Assembly: GCA_029212415.1 (NCBI GenBank)
Contig: JARGOF010000008.1
Location: 87,521-151,520, forward strand
DNA length: 64,000 bases
Origin: Rhizobiaceae bacterium
GTDB lineage: Bacteria > Pseudomonadota > Alphaproteobacteria > Rhizobiales > Rhizobiaceae
Reading direction: 5' to 3'
Of this stretch, positions 10,566 to 21,792 are shown piece by piece. How positions within the stretch are numbered: the stretch's first letter is position 1; each line of letters opens with the position of its first letter. The notes below the pieces were generated by a model. That model did no database searches. It had not been told where the DNA came from and worked only from the letters and a program-made list of their open reading frames with translations. A program made the translations under genes and the position numbers.

Positions 10566-11042
10566 CTATCCCCGGTCGCGCATCACACGGGCTTTTTGCC
10601 GATCCCAATCGCGCTTCTTCTCGGTTTCACGCTTGTCATGCAATTTCTTGCCCCGGCCAAGCGCTAGTTCGATTTTGGCCCGGCCCCGGTCATTGAAATA
10701 GACCTTCAACGGAACGAGAGACATTCCGTCCCTTTGCACCGCTCCGATCAATTTGCGGACCTCACGCTTGCTCAGCAGCAACTTGCGTCTGCGCCGCGTC
10801 TCATGGTTGGCGCGATTGGCCTGCAGATATTCCGGCAGGTAGGAATTGATCAGCCATATTTCCCCACCCTCCTCGCTGGCATAGGATTCGGCAATATTGG
10901 CCTTGCCCTCTCTCAAAGACTTGACCTCGGTCCCGGTCAACACGAGACCCGCCTCAAACGTTTCAAGAATTTCGTAGTTGAAACGCGCCTTGCGATTTTC
11001 GGCAACAATATGCCGCTTTGGATTGGCGCTGTCTTTAGCCAT
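10566..11042 (-). CDS. smpB: SsrA-binding protein
   Basis: [25 protein letters not shown]. Confidence 0.98.
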   Translation of the reverse strand: MAKDSANPKRHIVAENRKARFNYEILETFEAGLVLTGTEVKSLREGKANIAESYASEEGGEIWLINSYLPEYLQANRANHETRRRRKLLLSKREVRKLIGAVQRDGMSLVPLKVYFNDRGRAKIELALGRGKKLHDKRETEKKRDWDRQKARVMRDRG

Positions 11043-11067
11043 GCTTGTTAAATGCTCCCGCCAACCG

Positions 11068-11949
11068 TCAGTTCAAGAGGCCTGCGTGGCGAAGGGCATC
11101 ATCTATCACAGATCGTGTTGCACTTTCCACGGGCATCATTGGAAGGCGCAAACTTTCTTTCATATGCCCCAATCTACTCAAGGCGTATTTGGCGCCAGCG
11201 GGATTTGGCTCGATGAACAGGGCGCTGTGCAGAGGTAGCAGGCGGTCCTGATATTCCAAAGCTGTGGCGAAGTCACCGGCAAGCGTTGCCTCCTGAAATT
11301 TCGCGCATAGTGCTGGTGCCACATTGGCCGTCACCGAAATGCAGCCGACACCACCGTGCGCATTAAATCCCAGCGCTGTTGCATCTTCTCCGGAGAGCTG
11401 AACGAAATCCTTGCCACAAAACTGCCTTTGCTGCGAAGCACGATCAACTTTGGCGGTTGCGTCCTTGGTTCCCACAATATTGGAGAAATCCCGCGCAAGA
11501 GCAGCCATCGTCTCAACGCTCATGTCGATGATGGAGCGGCCTGGTATATTATAGATGAAGATCGGCAAAGACACCGCTTTGGCAACTTCTGCAAAATGCG
11601 CGTAAAGACCGCGCTGACTCGGCTTGTTGTAATAGGGGGTAACAACCAGCACACCGTCGGCGCCTGCCTTTTCGGCATGCTGCGCCAGATCAATCGCCTC
11701 ATGCGTATTGTTTGAACCAGCACCAGCCATCACCGGGACACGTTTGCCAGCGACTTCAACGCACAGCTCGACGATATGTTTGTGCTCATCATGCGACAGA
11801 GTCGGAGACTCACCGGTCGTGCCGACTGGCACCAGACCGTGACTTCCCTGTGCTATCTGCCATTCCACAAAATTGCAAAATGCCGTTTCATCCAGTGCAC
11901 CGGTGTCGTCGAATGGTGTGACCAACGCCGGCATAGACCCTTTGAACAT
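11068..11949 (-). CDS. dapA: 4-hydroxy-tetrahydrodipicolinate synthase
   Basis: [21 protein letters not shown]; ATG 11949 after AGGAG. Confidence 0.97.
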   Translation of the reverse strand: MFKGSMPALVTPFDDTGALDETAFCNFVEWQIAQGSHGLVPVGTTGESPTLSHDEHKHIVELCVEVAGKRVPVMAGAGSNNTHEAIDLAQHAEKAGADGVLVVTPYYNKPSQRGLYAHFAEVAKAVSLPIFIYNIPGRSIIDMSVETMAALARDFSNIVGTKDATAKVDRASQQRQFCGKDFVQLSGEDATALGFNAHGGVGCISVTANVAPALCAKFQEATLAGDFATALEYQDRLLPLHSALFIEPNPAGAKYALSRLGHMKESLRLPMMPVESATRSVIDDALRHAGLLN

Positions 11950-12139
11950 AGTAACTCCTGACAAATCGGGCGGCATTGCATGCAACTGCCGCATCACAAG
12001 CGCTGACGCGGTCAATCAAGGCAGAGCATGCCACTAAAAGCGCTGCACCATAGTCCCAGCATACCTTTGCTGCAAGCGCTGTTATCGACAATCTCACTTG
12101 CCCCAGCGGGCGCTGCAAAATTCATTACAAAGAGCATCA

Positions 12140-12155
12140 ATAACCTTTGGTTAAC
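12140..12155 (+). promoter_or_regulatory. CtrA-like box in the dapA/slt divergent region
   Basis: ATAA-cctttgg-TTAAC, one mismatch to TTAA-N7-TTAAC. Confidence 0.45.
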
Positions 12156-12264
12156 CCAATTTTCACCGATCTTGTTCACACTGAAGATTGGCAATGGGCG
12201 GACCGCTCGCAAAAGAGCGGCGCTTCGACCGACTTATGCCCCATTTTAAAGGGATACTATTTCC

Positions 12265-14343
12265 ATGAACAGATTGGCTTTGACGACATTGTTGGTAACC
12301 AGCGCATGCGCGGGTCTCGTTGACCAGGGCTTTGCCGAGAGCCGCAGTGTGACGATTCCGGTGCCGACATGGCGACCGGCATTCAATAATCAGCTTGCCG
12401 ACAATAACGTCCCGTCCATGGAAACCACGGCTTCGATCACCCGGGCGGATAATCCCGTTGCCCGTTCAGGCAGCCTTAAAAGCGGTCTGGATGCACTCGC
12501 TGACGACCAGATAACAAAAAGCCGCGCCATTCGCGACAGTATGCCCAAGTCCTCGCTTGACCGCGATATCCTGACCTGGGCGATCGCCGTCTCCGGCGCC
12601 AAGGGTGTCCCTTCATCGGAAATAGCGGCAGCAGCCAATCAATTGAAAGACTGGCCGGGGCTCAATGCACTCAGACGCAATTCCGAACGCGCCATTGCCC
12701 GCGAAGATGCGACACCGGGGCAAATTGTAGCTGCCTTTGGCAATACCATACCCCAGACAGATGACGGTGCCATCGCGCTTACCCGTGCGCTTGTTGCGTC
12801 TGGCGATCGCAAGAAAGCCGCGGCAACAATATCCAGACTCTGGCAAAACCAACGGCTCGACAAAGACACTGAAACACTCATTCTCGGGGAGTTCTCAGGC
12901 CTTCTCGGCAGGAATGACCACAAACGCAGAATGGATATGCTGCTCTACGACAAACGCGTCGCCCAGGCCGACCGGGTCGATGCGCTGGCCAACGCACAAT
13001 CCCTGTTTCAAGCCCGCGCTGCGGTGATCCGCAAGAGTTCTGACGCCTCCAAATTGCTCAAGGCCGTCCACCCCAGTTGGCACAAGGATCCCGGCTATCT
13101 GTTTGCCCGGATCACCTACGAGAGAGGAAAGGACAATTATTCGGAAGCGGCCAGACTGCTGCTTCAGGCGCCGCGTGATGCAAATGCCTTGATCGACACC
13201 CATGAATGGTGGGAGGAAGGGCGCATCATTTCACGTGCCCTTGCCGAACAGGGCGACATGGCAACCGCCTACAAAGTGGCTGCAAGCCACCTTGCAACGC
13301 GCGATACGGACATCATCGAAGCAGAATGGCATGCCGGATGGTTTGCACTTCGCGGTTTCAATGACGGAAAAACGGCGTCAAAGCATTTCCAAAACGCATT
13401 GAAAACGGCCACCCGGCCTCTGTCTCTGTCACGGGCCTATTATTGGCTGGGCCGGGCGGCAGAAGTTGGCGGCCCCGGAACGGCAGGTGACTATTTTTCA
13501 AAGGCTGCATCTTTCTCGACGACCTATTATGGCCAATTGGCCGCCGCACGTCTCAATCGCAACGGCCTGGATGTGCGATACCCCTCACCCACTGCTGCTG
13601 AGCGAAACCGATTTGCTGCTCGTCAGGGCGCACGCGCCATCCAAAGGTTGAATGCGGTGGGCCACGGCAACAGGGCACGGACGCTCTATCTTGATATGGC
13701 GCGTGAACTCGACAGCCCCGGAGAGCTGGCCTTGCTTTCCGCCATGGCGGAAAGACAGGGAGAACATCGCGTTTCGCTGCAGGTCGGAAAAATAGCCTTT
13801 GGGCGGGGACTGGACGTCGCCGCCTTGGCATTTCCCACCGGCGTCATTCCCAACAGCGCCAATATTTCCGGTTCCGGCAAGGCTCTGGCCTATTCAATTG
13901 CCCGACAGGAAAGCGCCTTTGACAAAGCCGCCATATCCAGAGCGGATGCACGCGGCCTTTTGCAATTGCTGCCCAGCACGGCCAAGCTCGTTGCACGAAA
14001 ACACGGCATCAACTATTCAAAATCCCGGCTGACCACTGATGCTGGCTACAATGCGACACTGGGTGCGCACTATCTGGGTGAACACATCACCGATTTTGGC
14101 GGCTCCTATATTCTGACATTCATTGCCTACAATGCCGGTCCCCGGCGTTCGACCCAGTGGATCAGCAAGTATGGCGATCCGCGCGGCAAGCCCATCGATT
14201 ATGTGGTCGATTGGGTGGAACGCATCCCGTTTACCGAAACACGCAATTACGTACAGCGGGTGATGGAAAATTATCAGGTTTACAAAACGCGGCTGAATCA
14301 GAAACCCGATATTGTCAGTGACCTGCGCTTCGGAAGGCCTTAG
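12265..14343 (+). CDS. Soluble lytic murein transglycosylase (Slt70-like)
   Basis: Signal peptide, helical repeat region, ARQES, GLLQLLP, YNAG, ETRNYVQRV. Confidence 0.95.
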   Translation: MNRLALTTLLVTSACAGLVDQGFAESRSVTIPVPTWRPAFNNQLADNNVPSMETTASITRADNPVARSGSLKSGLDALADDQITKSRAIRDSMPKSSLDRDILTWAIAVSGAKGVPSSEIAAAANQLKDWPGLNALRRNSERAIAREDATPGQIVAAFGNTIPQTDDGAIALTRALVASGDRKKAAATISRLWQNQRLDKDTETLILGEFSGLLGRNDHKRRMDMLLYDKRVAQADRVDALANAQSLFQARAAVIRKSSDASKLLKAVHPSWHKDPGYLFARITYERGKDNYSEAARLLLQAPRDANALIDTHEWWEEGRIISRALAEQGDMATAYKVAASHLATRDTDIIEAEWHAGWFALRGFNDGKTASKHFQNALKTATRPLSLSRAYYWLGRAAEVGGPGTAGDYFSKAASFSTTYYGQLAAARLNRNGLDVRYPSPTAAERNRFAARQGARAIQRLNAVGHGNRARTLYLDMARELDSPGELALLSAMAERQGEHRVSLQVGKIAFGRGLDVAALAFPTGVIPNSANISGSGKALAYSIARQESAFDKAAISRADARGLLQLLPSTAKLVARKHGINYSKSRLTTDAGYNATLGAHYLGEHITDFGGSYILTFIAYNAGPRRSTQWISKYGDPRGKPIDYVVDWVERIPFTETRNYVQRVMENYQVYKTRLNQKPDIVSDLRFGRP

Positions 14344-14411
14344 CGCTGGCAGCGCTGCCCAACGATCCAATTTCCACGGCGAAATGATCACAGCAAATCG
14401 GAAGACCAACA

Positions 14412-15341
14412 ATGACGACTTCTCTCAAAGCCGGCGATGCGCCACTCACTGCAGAAGAAACAGGATATGAGCAGGTTTTCTTTTCTGCCAGTGACGGGCT
14501 TCGTTTGGCCGTGCGTGATTATGGCCGTAACCATTCGATCACCGGCACGCTGAAACCGGTCGTTTGCCTGCCGGGCCTGACGCGCAATGCTGCTGATTTT
14601 CATCAACTGGCTCTGCACCTGTCGCAAGATGAGGAACAGCCGCGCCGGATCGTCTGTTTTGATTACCGCGGGCGCGGCTTGTCGGATTGGGATTCGCAAA
14701 AGGAAAATTACAACATACTGACCGAAGCCGACGATGTTCTTTCAGGCTGCGCCGCTTTGGGTATCAGCCGTGCCGCATTTATCGGCACGTCACGGGGCGC
14801 ATTGATCATCCATGTATTGGGCGCGATGAGGCCTGGCGTGCTTTCCTGCGTCCTGTTGAATGATGCCGGACCGGTCATTGAAGGCGCGGGACTGGCACAG
14901 ATCATGGCCTATCATGACCGCATGAAATTCCCCCGCGATTTTGCCGAGGCAGCACAGACACTCAAAACGTTGCAGGGCGGCGCATTCAGTGCGCTGGAGA
15001 ACGACGACTGGGAGGATCTGGCCAGGGCCATGTATGCCTGGAAGGGCAAAAAACTGGTTGGCAATTTCGACCCTGTCTTGATCGACATGTTGCGCGCAGT
15101 GGATCTCAACGTGCCGCTGCCGACGATGTGGCCGCAATTCGATGGCCTCAAGAACATTCCTATGCTCGCCATACGCGGTGCCAATTCGGCATTGTTTTCA
15201 GAAGCGACACTCGATGAGATGGCGCGGCGCCACAATAATATGCAGCACTATACGGCTGAAGGTCAGGGTCACGCGCCGATATTGCATATCGGCGCGTTGC
15301 CACAAATCATCACGGATTTCCTGAAGCAAACAGAAACATAG
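14412..15341 (+). CDS. Alpha/beta fold hydrolase
   Basis: CLPGLTRN, GTSRG nucleophile elbow, GHAP. Confidence 0.9.
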   Translation: MTTSLKAGDAPLTAEETGYEQVFFSASDGLRLAVRDYGRNHSITGTLKPVVCLPGLTRNAADFHQLALHLSQDEEQPRRIVCFDYRGRGLSDWDSQKENYNILTEADDVLSGCAALGISRAAFIGTSRGALIIHVLGAMRPGVLSCVLLNDAGPVIEGAGLAQIMAYHDRMKFPRDFAEAAQTLKTLQGGAFSALENDDWEDLARAMYAWKGKKLVGNFDPVLIDMLRAVDLNVPLPTMWPQFDGLKNIPMLAIRGANSALFSEATLDEMARRHNNMQHYTAEGQGHAPILHIGALPQIITDFLKQTET

Positions 15342-15347
15342 TCAGTT

Positions 15348-17150
15348 TCAGTGATTGTCGCGCGGCATGCCCTTGGAGGCTATCCTCTGGTATTTCACCG
15401 CCTTTTTCAGAACCATACCCTCTGACAATTGATCAACATCCTCCCGCTGCATTTCCTGCCAGGGTGTCTGCGACTTGGGATAGGGGTAGCCACCGGCCGC
15501 ATCCAGCTCTTCGCGGCGGCGATTGATTTCAGCATCATCGACCAGCATGTCCGCACGGCCCGCACGCAGATCGATACGCACACGGTCGCCCGTCTTGAGC
15601 AATGCCAGCCCACCGCCGACTGCAGCTTCAGGCGAGGCATTGAGGATGGAGGGTGATCCGGACGTTCCCGATTGCCGTCCGTCACCGATACAGGGAAGCT
15701 CGGAAATACCGCGTTTCAAGAGGTAGGATGGCGCCTGCATGTTGACCACTTCAGCCGCCCCCGGATAGCCGATCGGGCCTGTTCCACGCATGAAAAGCAT
15801 GCAATTTTCATCAATGCCCAGCGCCGGGTCGTCAATGCGATCGTGATAGTCCTCAGGACCGTCAAAGACGATGGCCCGTCCCTCAAATGCATCCGGGTCA
15901 TCCGGGTTGGACAGATATCGGGCTCTGAACACGTCGGAAATCACACTGAGTTTCATGATGGCCGAAGTGAAAAGATTGCCGCGTATCACCTTGAAACCCG
16001 CATGGGATGTCAGCGCGTTGTCCCATTCGCGAATGACATCAGAATTTTCACTGACGCTGGCACGGCAATTGTCGCCGATCGATCTGCCATTCACGGTGAT
16101 AGCGCTTTCATGAATGAGCCCATGATGGATCAACGCGGAGATAACAGCTGGCGCCCCACCTGCCCGGTGGAAATCTTCTCCAAGGTATTTCCCTGCTGGT
16201 TGCAGGTTCACCAGAAGCGGGATATCGAGTCCATGTTTTTCCCAGTCATCGACCGAAAGCTCCACGCCGATGTGGCGGGCAATCGCATTGATATGGACGG
16301 GGGCGTTGGTTGAACCGCCGATGGCGGAATTCACCGCAATGACGTTTTCAAAGGCTTCACGGGTCATGATGTCTGAAGGTTTCAGGTCTTCATGGACCAT
16401 ATCCACAATACGCTTTCCGGTGAGATAGGATATCTGACCGCGCTCGCGGTAGGGTGCCGGAATGGAAGCGCAGCCAGGCAGCGACATGCCAAGCGCCTCG
16501 GCCAGCGTATTCATGGTCGTGGCAGTGCCCATTGTGTTGCAATATCCGGCGGAAGGCGCCGAATCTGCCGCCATTTTGGTGAATTCCTCGTAATCGATTT
16601 CACCGGTCGACAGGAGCTCGCGGGCTTTCCAGACAATGGTGCCCGAGCCGGCGCGTTCACCCTTGAACCAACCGTTCAGCATGGGGCCGCCAGACAGGAC
16701 GATGGCAGGGATATCGACCGTTGCAGCAGCCATCAGACATGCGGGCGTTGTCTTGTCGCAACCGGTCGTCAAGACCACACCGTCAAGCGGATAACCGTAC
16801 AGCACCTCAACCAGACCGAGATAGGCCAGATTGCGATCCAGCGCCGCTGTCGGTCGTTTGCCGGTTTCCTGGATGGGGTGCACAGGAAATTCAATGGCAA
16901 TGCCGCCGGCTTCGCGAATACCTTCGCGGACCCGCTTGGCAAGTTCCAGATGGGGCCGATTGCAGGGAGAGAGATCCGATCCGGTCTGGGCGATACCAAT
17001 AATCGGCTTGCCCGACTGCAGTTCTTCGCGGGTCAAACCATAATTGAGATAGCGTTCGAGATAGAGAGCCGTCATGCCCGGATTGTCCGGGTTGTCGAAC
17101 CATTGCTGTGACCGTAATTTTCGACCATCCCGTTTGTTATCAGTAGCCAT
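15348..17150 (-). CDS. IlvD/Edd family sugar-acid dehydratase (XylD/AraD-like)
   Basis: PCN, GCDKT, CNTMGT, DGRQSGT, C-terminal PRDNH; GGAGG upstream; substrate not assignable. Confidence 0.92.
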   Translation of the reverse strand: MATDNKRDGRKLRSQQWFDNPDNPGMTALYLERYLNYGLTREELQSGKPIIGIAQTGSDLSPCNRPHLELAKRVREGIREAGGIAIEFPVHPIQETGKRPTAALDRNLAYLGLVEVLYGYPLDGVVLTTGCDKTTPACLMAAATVDIPAIVLSGGPMLNGWFKGERAGSGTIVWKARELLSTGEIDYEEFTKMAADSAPSAGYCNTMGTATTMNTLAEALGMSLPGCASIPAPYRERGQISYLTGKRIVDMVHEDLKPSDIMTREAFENVIAVNSAIGGSTNAPVHINAIARHIGVELSVDDWEKHGLDIPLLVNLQPAGKYLGEDFHRAGGAPAVISALIHHGLIHESAITVNGRSIGDNCRASVSENSDVIREWDNALTSHAGFKVIRGNLFTSAIMKLSVISDVFRARYLSNPDDPDAFEGRAIVFDGPEDYHDRIDDPALGIDENCMLFMRGTGPIGYPGAAEVVNMQAPSYLLKRGISELPCIGDGRQSGTSGSPSILNASPEAAVGGGLALLKTGDRVRIDLRAGRADMLVDDAEINRRREELDAAGGYPYPKSQTPWQEMQREDVDQLSEGMVLKKAVKYQRIASKGMPRDNH

Positions 17151-17364
17151 AATGCCCTCCATTCGATTGCCTACATTTCCCTTAATAACGTTTTAATTGA
17201 CGTATACCAGCCAAGCCGATGACAATTTTCTCAAACGCGCGATGCGATAAATGATGATTTTTCCCGTTTGCACCCCAGATCGTGAAACTGTTTCTCACCA
17301 ATGGACGTGGATTTCAGTTCGTCATCGGCTAGTATCCGCATACCACAAAAAATGATGGGCAATC

Positions 17365-18780
17365 ATGGCTACGCTTTTACTGAAAAACGCCGACATGCTG
17401 GTTACGATGGATGGCGAGCGGCGGGAGATCGCCGATGGCGGCCTCTATGCTGAAGATGGCGTGATCACCATGGTTGGCCCGACGGCGTCCCTGCCGCAAA
17501 CGGCCGATCAGGTGATCGACGCATCCGGCCAGATCGTGTTGCCGGGTTTTGTCAATACGCACCATCACCTCAACCAGACATTGACCCGCAATCTTCCCGC
17601 AGCGCAGAACAACAATCTGTTTCCGTGGCTGAAAGCCCATTATCGCATCTGGGCAAAAACCGGACCGGTAGCCTCGCGCACCAGTGCGCTTATCGGGCTT
17701 GCGGAACTGGCCCTTTCGGGATGCACAACGGTGTTTGATCATTCCTATCTTTTTCGCAGTGGCAATAAGGTCGACTATCAGATCGAAGCGGCGCGTGATC
17801 TGGGCGTGCGATTTCATGCCAGTCGCGGCTCCATGTCCCTGGGAGAATCCAAAGGTGGCCTGCCACCCGATGATTGCGTCGAGAACGAAGACGATATCAT
17901 TGCCGACAGCATAAGGGTGGTCGACCGCTACCACGATGCCAGCCGCGGCGCGATGACCCGCATTGTGCTGGCACCCTGCTCCCCGTTCTCGGTGTCGGAA
18001 GACCTGCTGAGAGAAACCGCAGCGCTCGCCCGGGACAAAAAGGTGATGCTGCACACACATTTGTGCGAAACCCTGGACGAAGAACGCTACACGCTGGAGC
18101 GTTTCGGCAAACGACCGGTCGATTGGATGGAAGGGCTGGACTGGCTGGGAGAGGACGTCTGGTTTGCCCACGCGATCCATGTGGATGACGAGGAAATCAC
18201 AAAATTTGCCCATACCGGTTGCGGTGCTGCCCATTGCCCCTGCTCCAACATGCGGCTCGCATCGGGCATTGCCCCGATCAAGAAATACATGAAAGCCGGG
18301 ATCAGGGTCGGCCTTGGTGTGGATGGATCAGCCAGCAATGATTCATCAAATATCCTGCTGGAAGCGCGTCAGGCGATGTTGCTTGCGCGATTGAAAATGG
18401 GTCTGCTGCCGCCAGAAGGCCCGCGGAAGAATTTCCTGCTTTCCCAATCCCACCCACTGCGCGCAGATGAGTGGATGACCGCTCGCGAAGCGCTGGAACT
18501 GGCGACGATTGGTGGCGCCAGTGTTCTGGGGCGTGACGATATAGGCGCGCTCGCCGCTGGCAAATGCGCCGATTTTTTCACCATAAATCTGAACACAATT
18601 GCCTATGCGGGCGCGCTGCATGATCCGGTGGCAGCAGTGCTGTTCTGCGCCCCCCAGAATGCTCACTACACGGTGATCAATGGCCGGATTGTTGTTGATA
18701 ACGGCGAAATCGTGACGATGGATATGGCGCCGGTTATCGAAGCCCACAACACCCACAGCCGCCAACTCGCGGCCTCCTGA
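17365..18780 (+). CDS. Amidohydrolase, 8-oxoguanine deaminase-like
   Basis: NTHHH, HTHLCET, HCPCSNMRLASG, GVDGSASND. Confidence 0.85.
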   Translation: MATLLLKNADMLVTMDGERREIADGGLYAEDGVITMVGPTASLPQTADQVIDASGQIVLPGFVNTHHHLNQTLTRNLPAAQNNNLFPWLKAHYRIWAKTGPVASRTSALIGLAELALSGCTTVFDHSYLFRSGNKVDYQIEAARDLGVRFHASRGSMSLGESKGGLPPDDCVENEDDIIADSIRVVDRYHDASRGAMTRIVLAPCSPFSVSEDLLRETAALARDKKVMLHTHLCETLDEERYTLERFGKRPVDWMEGLDWLGEDVWFAHAIHVDDEEITKFAHTGCGAAHCPCSNMRLASGIAPIKKYMKAGIRVGLGVDGSASNDSSNILLEARQAMLLARLKMGLLPPEGPRKNFLLSQSHPLRADEWMTAREALELATIGGASVLGRDDIGALAAGKCADFFTINLNTIAYAGALHDPVAAVLFCAPQNAHYTVINGRIVVDNGEIVTMDMAPVIEAHNTHSRQLAAS

Positions 18781-18896
18781 CACGTCCCAATAATTGCCGC
18801 AATGCGATTTGATCCTCTCCCAGGAGCAGGTTCTGTTTGCAGATGTTGAATATACGGGTATGAAGCCGGTGCCTCGTTGACGAAAGAGCATCCTTC

Positions 18897-19745
18897 ATGA
18901 ATGTCGCCATTCTACCCTATGAATTTCATCTCACCGGAAATTTGGCGGATGTTCCGCTTGAGGACTTGAACTGGCCTCTGGGATCTCCACAGCGTTCGGG
19001 CACGATCAGGGACCTGGGGCCCGAGGACCACCTCATCCATTATCCACGGTCACAATATTTTTTGGGTCTACGGACAGGGATTGCGTGCAAAATATCCGTT
19101 ATCATTGCTGAACCATTCGTCATCCATCACACCAAATACCTTTTGGCGATCGCGATGCAAAAACGTTTTCACCGCATCATCACCCATCGTCCTTTCATGC
19201 GCCGCTGGACAGGCAATGCGCTGGTCATGCCGTTCGGGGGTAGCTGGGTTGACCCCGAGCTTGATCCAACGCGTGAAAAACCTCGAAACATGTCCCTGAT
19301 CGCCTCCGCGAAACGCGAACTGAAGGGGCATGCCCTGCGCCACGAGATTGCCATATGGTCCAAAGAGCAGGATATTGGGGTCGATCTTCTGGGGCTTGCC
19401 TATCAGCCGATTGATCAAAAAGAAGAGGGGCTGGCGCCCTACCGATATTCCGTCGTTATCGAAAACTGCCGTGAAGAAGGTTATTTCACGGAAAAGCTGA
19501 TCGACTGCCTGCTCTGCAACACTGTGCCCATTTACTGGGGCGCACCAGATATCGCACAATATTTCGACACGGACGGTATGGTCATCTGCCAGACAGCGGA
19601 CGCATTGAAGCAGGCGATCATCGATGCAACGCCGCAGGCCTATGAGAACAGACGGCAGGCCATTGAAAACAATCGCACAGCGGCCCTCAGCTTTACCAAT
19701 TATGAGAGAAATGCTGCCGAGCAATTGCTGCAGGATGCGCGCTGA
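18897..19745 (+). CDS. Glycosyltransferase family 10-like (fucosyltransferase fold)
   Basis: YSVVIEN...YFTEKLIDC...VPIYWG motif. Confidence 0.8.
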   Translation: MNVAILPYEFHLTGNLADVPLEDLNWPLGSPQRSGTIRDLGPEDHLIHYPRSQYFLGLRTGIACKISVIIAEPFVIHHTKYLLAIAMQKRFHRIITHRPFMRRWTGNALVMPFGGSWVDPELDPTREKPRNMSLIASAKRELKGHALRHEIAIWSKEQDIGVDLLGLAYQPIDQKEEGLAPYRYSVVIENCREEGYFTEKLIDCLLCNTVPIYWGAPDIAQYFDTDGMVICQTADALKQAIIDATPQAYENRRQAIENNRTAALSFTNYERNAAEQLLQDAR

Positions 19746-19765
19746 ACGTCACGGAACCTAGATCA

Positions 19766-20497
19766 TCACCGGGAGTGCTGATTGGAAAGACGCGCAATTT
19801 TCCTGCGATATATCAAACGTTGCAATTCACGACCAAGCCGATTCCAGATGGATTTGTCGCGGGAAATCGTACTCCCTCCCGCCTCCTGTGTGCAATCGGA
19901 CAGGCCCGAAGGTGAAACCATCATTGGCCTTATCTGCGTGATCCAGTGCATCTGCAGGAAGGTATCGACCGGCCTGTCAAACGTTTGTGTCATTTCCAGA
20001 AGACGTTCCGCAGCTTTCCTGCTGATGAATTGACCGGACAGACGAAGCGGCGTCACGACAGGCTGCAACAGGCGCACATTCTTGTGCGTTGCGATGGCCT
20101 TTGCATTGGCTGGTGCCTGTCGCACGGGAAACTGGATATAACCGACATCAGCAATATATTTCTCGGCAAATTCCATCGCCGGGACAGCAGCTGGCACAGC
20201 AAGTATGGCATCATCCTCAAGCACAAACCCGTAGTCGAGATTTTCATCGACAATTTTCTGCCAGCATTTTCGGTGGCTCAGAAAGCAGCCGATTTCAGCG
20301 GGTCGAAGACTGAACGGATAATGCGGCAAATGCAGGAGGCCTTTGTAGACCTCGGCGATCTGCGCTGCGGACAGATGGCGACCGTCAACGGCATCCACGA
20401 CTTCTGCCGTCATCCCACAGTCGGCCATCAAACGATCCACATAGGGTTTGCGCCCGGTCGCCCGAGCCAGATGGATGATGTAGGCTTTTCTGCGCAT
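19766..20497 (-). CDS. Glycosyltransferase family 25
   Basis: AYIIHL, AVDG, EIGCFLSH, VLEDDA, PVD; start inferred at 20497. Confidence 0.88.
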   Translation of the reverse strand: MRRKAYIIHLARATGRKPYVDRLMADCGMTAEVVDAVDGRHLSAAQIAEVYKGLLHLPHYPFSLRPAEIGCFLSHRKCWQKIVDENLDYGFVLEDDAILAVPAAVPAMEFAEKYIADVGYIQFPVRQAPANAKAIATHKNVRLLQPVVTPLRLSGQFISRKAAERLLEMTQTFDRPVDTFLQMHWITQIRPMMVSPSGLSDCTQEAGGSTISRDKSIWNRLGRELQRLIYRRKIARLSNQHSR

Positions 20498-20596
20498 GAA
20501 CAGCAGGACTCCAAGCATGGAACGATAACGTACTGATTGCTGCCATGTGAATGCACCCAACAGCGAAGTCAAGCCACCGCGCAACAGGCTGGCCAG

Positions 20597-21556
20597 TCAC
20601 CCCCTTGCCTGTGGCTCCATCCAGTCGATATCCGGTCCGACTGGAATGATCCCGAGCGGATTGCGCAGCGGGCTTGGGGAAAAATAGCCCTGTTTGTAGA
20701 TATTGAATGAAACCGTATCGGCAACACCGGGCATTTGGTAAATCTCGCGGGCATAGGCCCAGAGGTTCGGGTAATCCATAATTCTGCGGATGTTGCACTT
20801 GAAAGCGTAATGGTAGGCGACGTCAAAGCGGGCCAATGTGGGGAAGAGTCTCAAATCGCATTCGGTAAACCTGTCTCCGGTCAGGTAGCGCGTCACTTGC
20901 AATTGCCGCTCGATAGCATCGAGCGTTTCAAAAACCGCGCTCACTGCCCTGTCATAGGCTTCCTGCGTGCGGGCAAACCCGGCCTGGTAGACGCCATTGT
21001 TGACTGTGGAATAAATACGATCATTCCAGGTCTCGATCTGCGCGGCCAGGTCTTGAGGATACAATTTTCTACCCCGGTCAAAAGACAAATCAAGCATGCG
21101 TACGATATCCGCGGATTCATTGCTGACCGCGCGGTCACCCTCATTATCCCACAGGACCGGAACCGTAATGCGGCCGGTGTAGCGCGGCCGAACACGGGCA
21201 TAGATTTCGTGCAGGGACGATGAACCGAAGAGCGTGTCGCCATAGCCGTCTTCCGGGGCAAAAACCCATCCGTCTTCATTGCGGCGCGGTGCAACAAAGG
21301 AGACGCTGATTGAACGCTTCAAATCCTTGAACAGGCGGGCCAAAAGGGCTCTGTGGGCCCAAGGACAATTCCAGGCAAGGAACAGGTGGTAGCGACCATC
21401 CTGCGGGGTAAAACCACCCTCGCCCGTCGGGCCGGGACTGCCGTCCGCGGTGATCCAATGGCGTATCGAGCTGGCTGTACGGCGAAATTCGCCATCTTCA
21501 TTGGTGTCAGGCTCCGGGTCCTGCCTGAGGTATACACCGTTCAACATCAGCCCCAT
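20597..21556 (-). CDS. Glutathionyl-hydroquinone reductase (Xi-class GST, YqjG-like)
   Basis: CPWAHR active site, TVPVLWD, SNESADI, VNNGVY. Confidence 0.9.
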   Translation of the reverse strand: MGLMLNGVYLRQDPEPDTNEDGEFRRTASSIRHWITADGSPGPTGEGGFTPQDGRYHLFLAWNCPWAHRALLARLFKDLKRSISVSFVAPRRNEDGWVFAPEDGYGDTLFGSSSLHEIYARVRPRYTGRITVPVLWDNEGDRAVSNESADIVRMLDLSFDRGRKLYPQDLAAQIETWNDRIYSTVNNGVYQAGFARTQEAYDRAVSAVFETLDAIERQLQVTRYLTGDRFTECDLRLFPTLARFDVAYHYAFKCNIRRIMDYPNLWAYAREIYQMPGVADTVSFNIYKQGYFSPSPLRNPLGIIPVGPDIDWMEPQARG

Positions 21557-21792
21557 GGCATTCTCCGGTTTGCAACAGGCCCCAGCATGGCACCCCGATC
21601 GAAGGCTTGTCCAGCCTTGTCAAGAATGCCAGAGCGGAACTCACAAGGCCTTCCAGAGCGCCAAAAACCAAATTTTCCGCGAGGGCCGCTCAGACAGGCC
21701 ATTCAATCTATATCCAGACTGAATTTTGGAATTTCATTCGCTGCCTTCGATCCACCATGCGCGTATGAACACAGTTCATCAGGAGTACTGAC

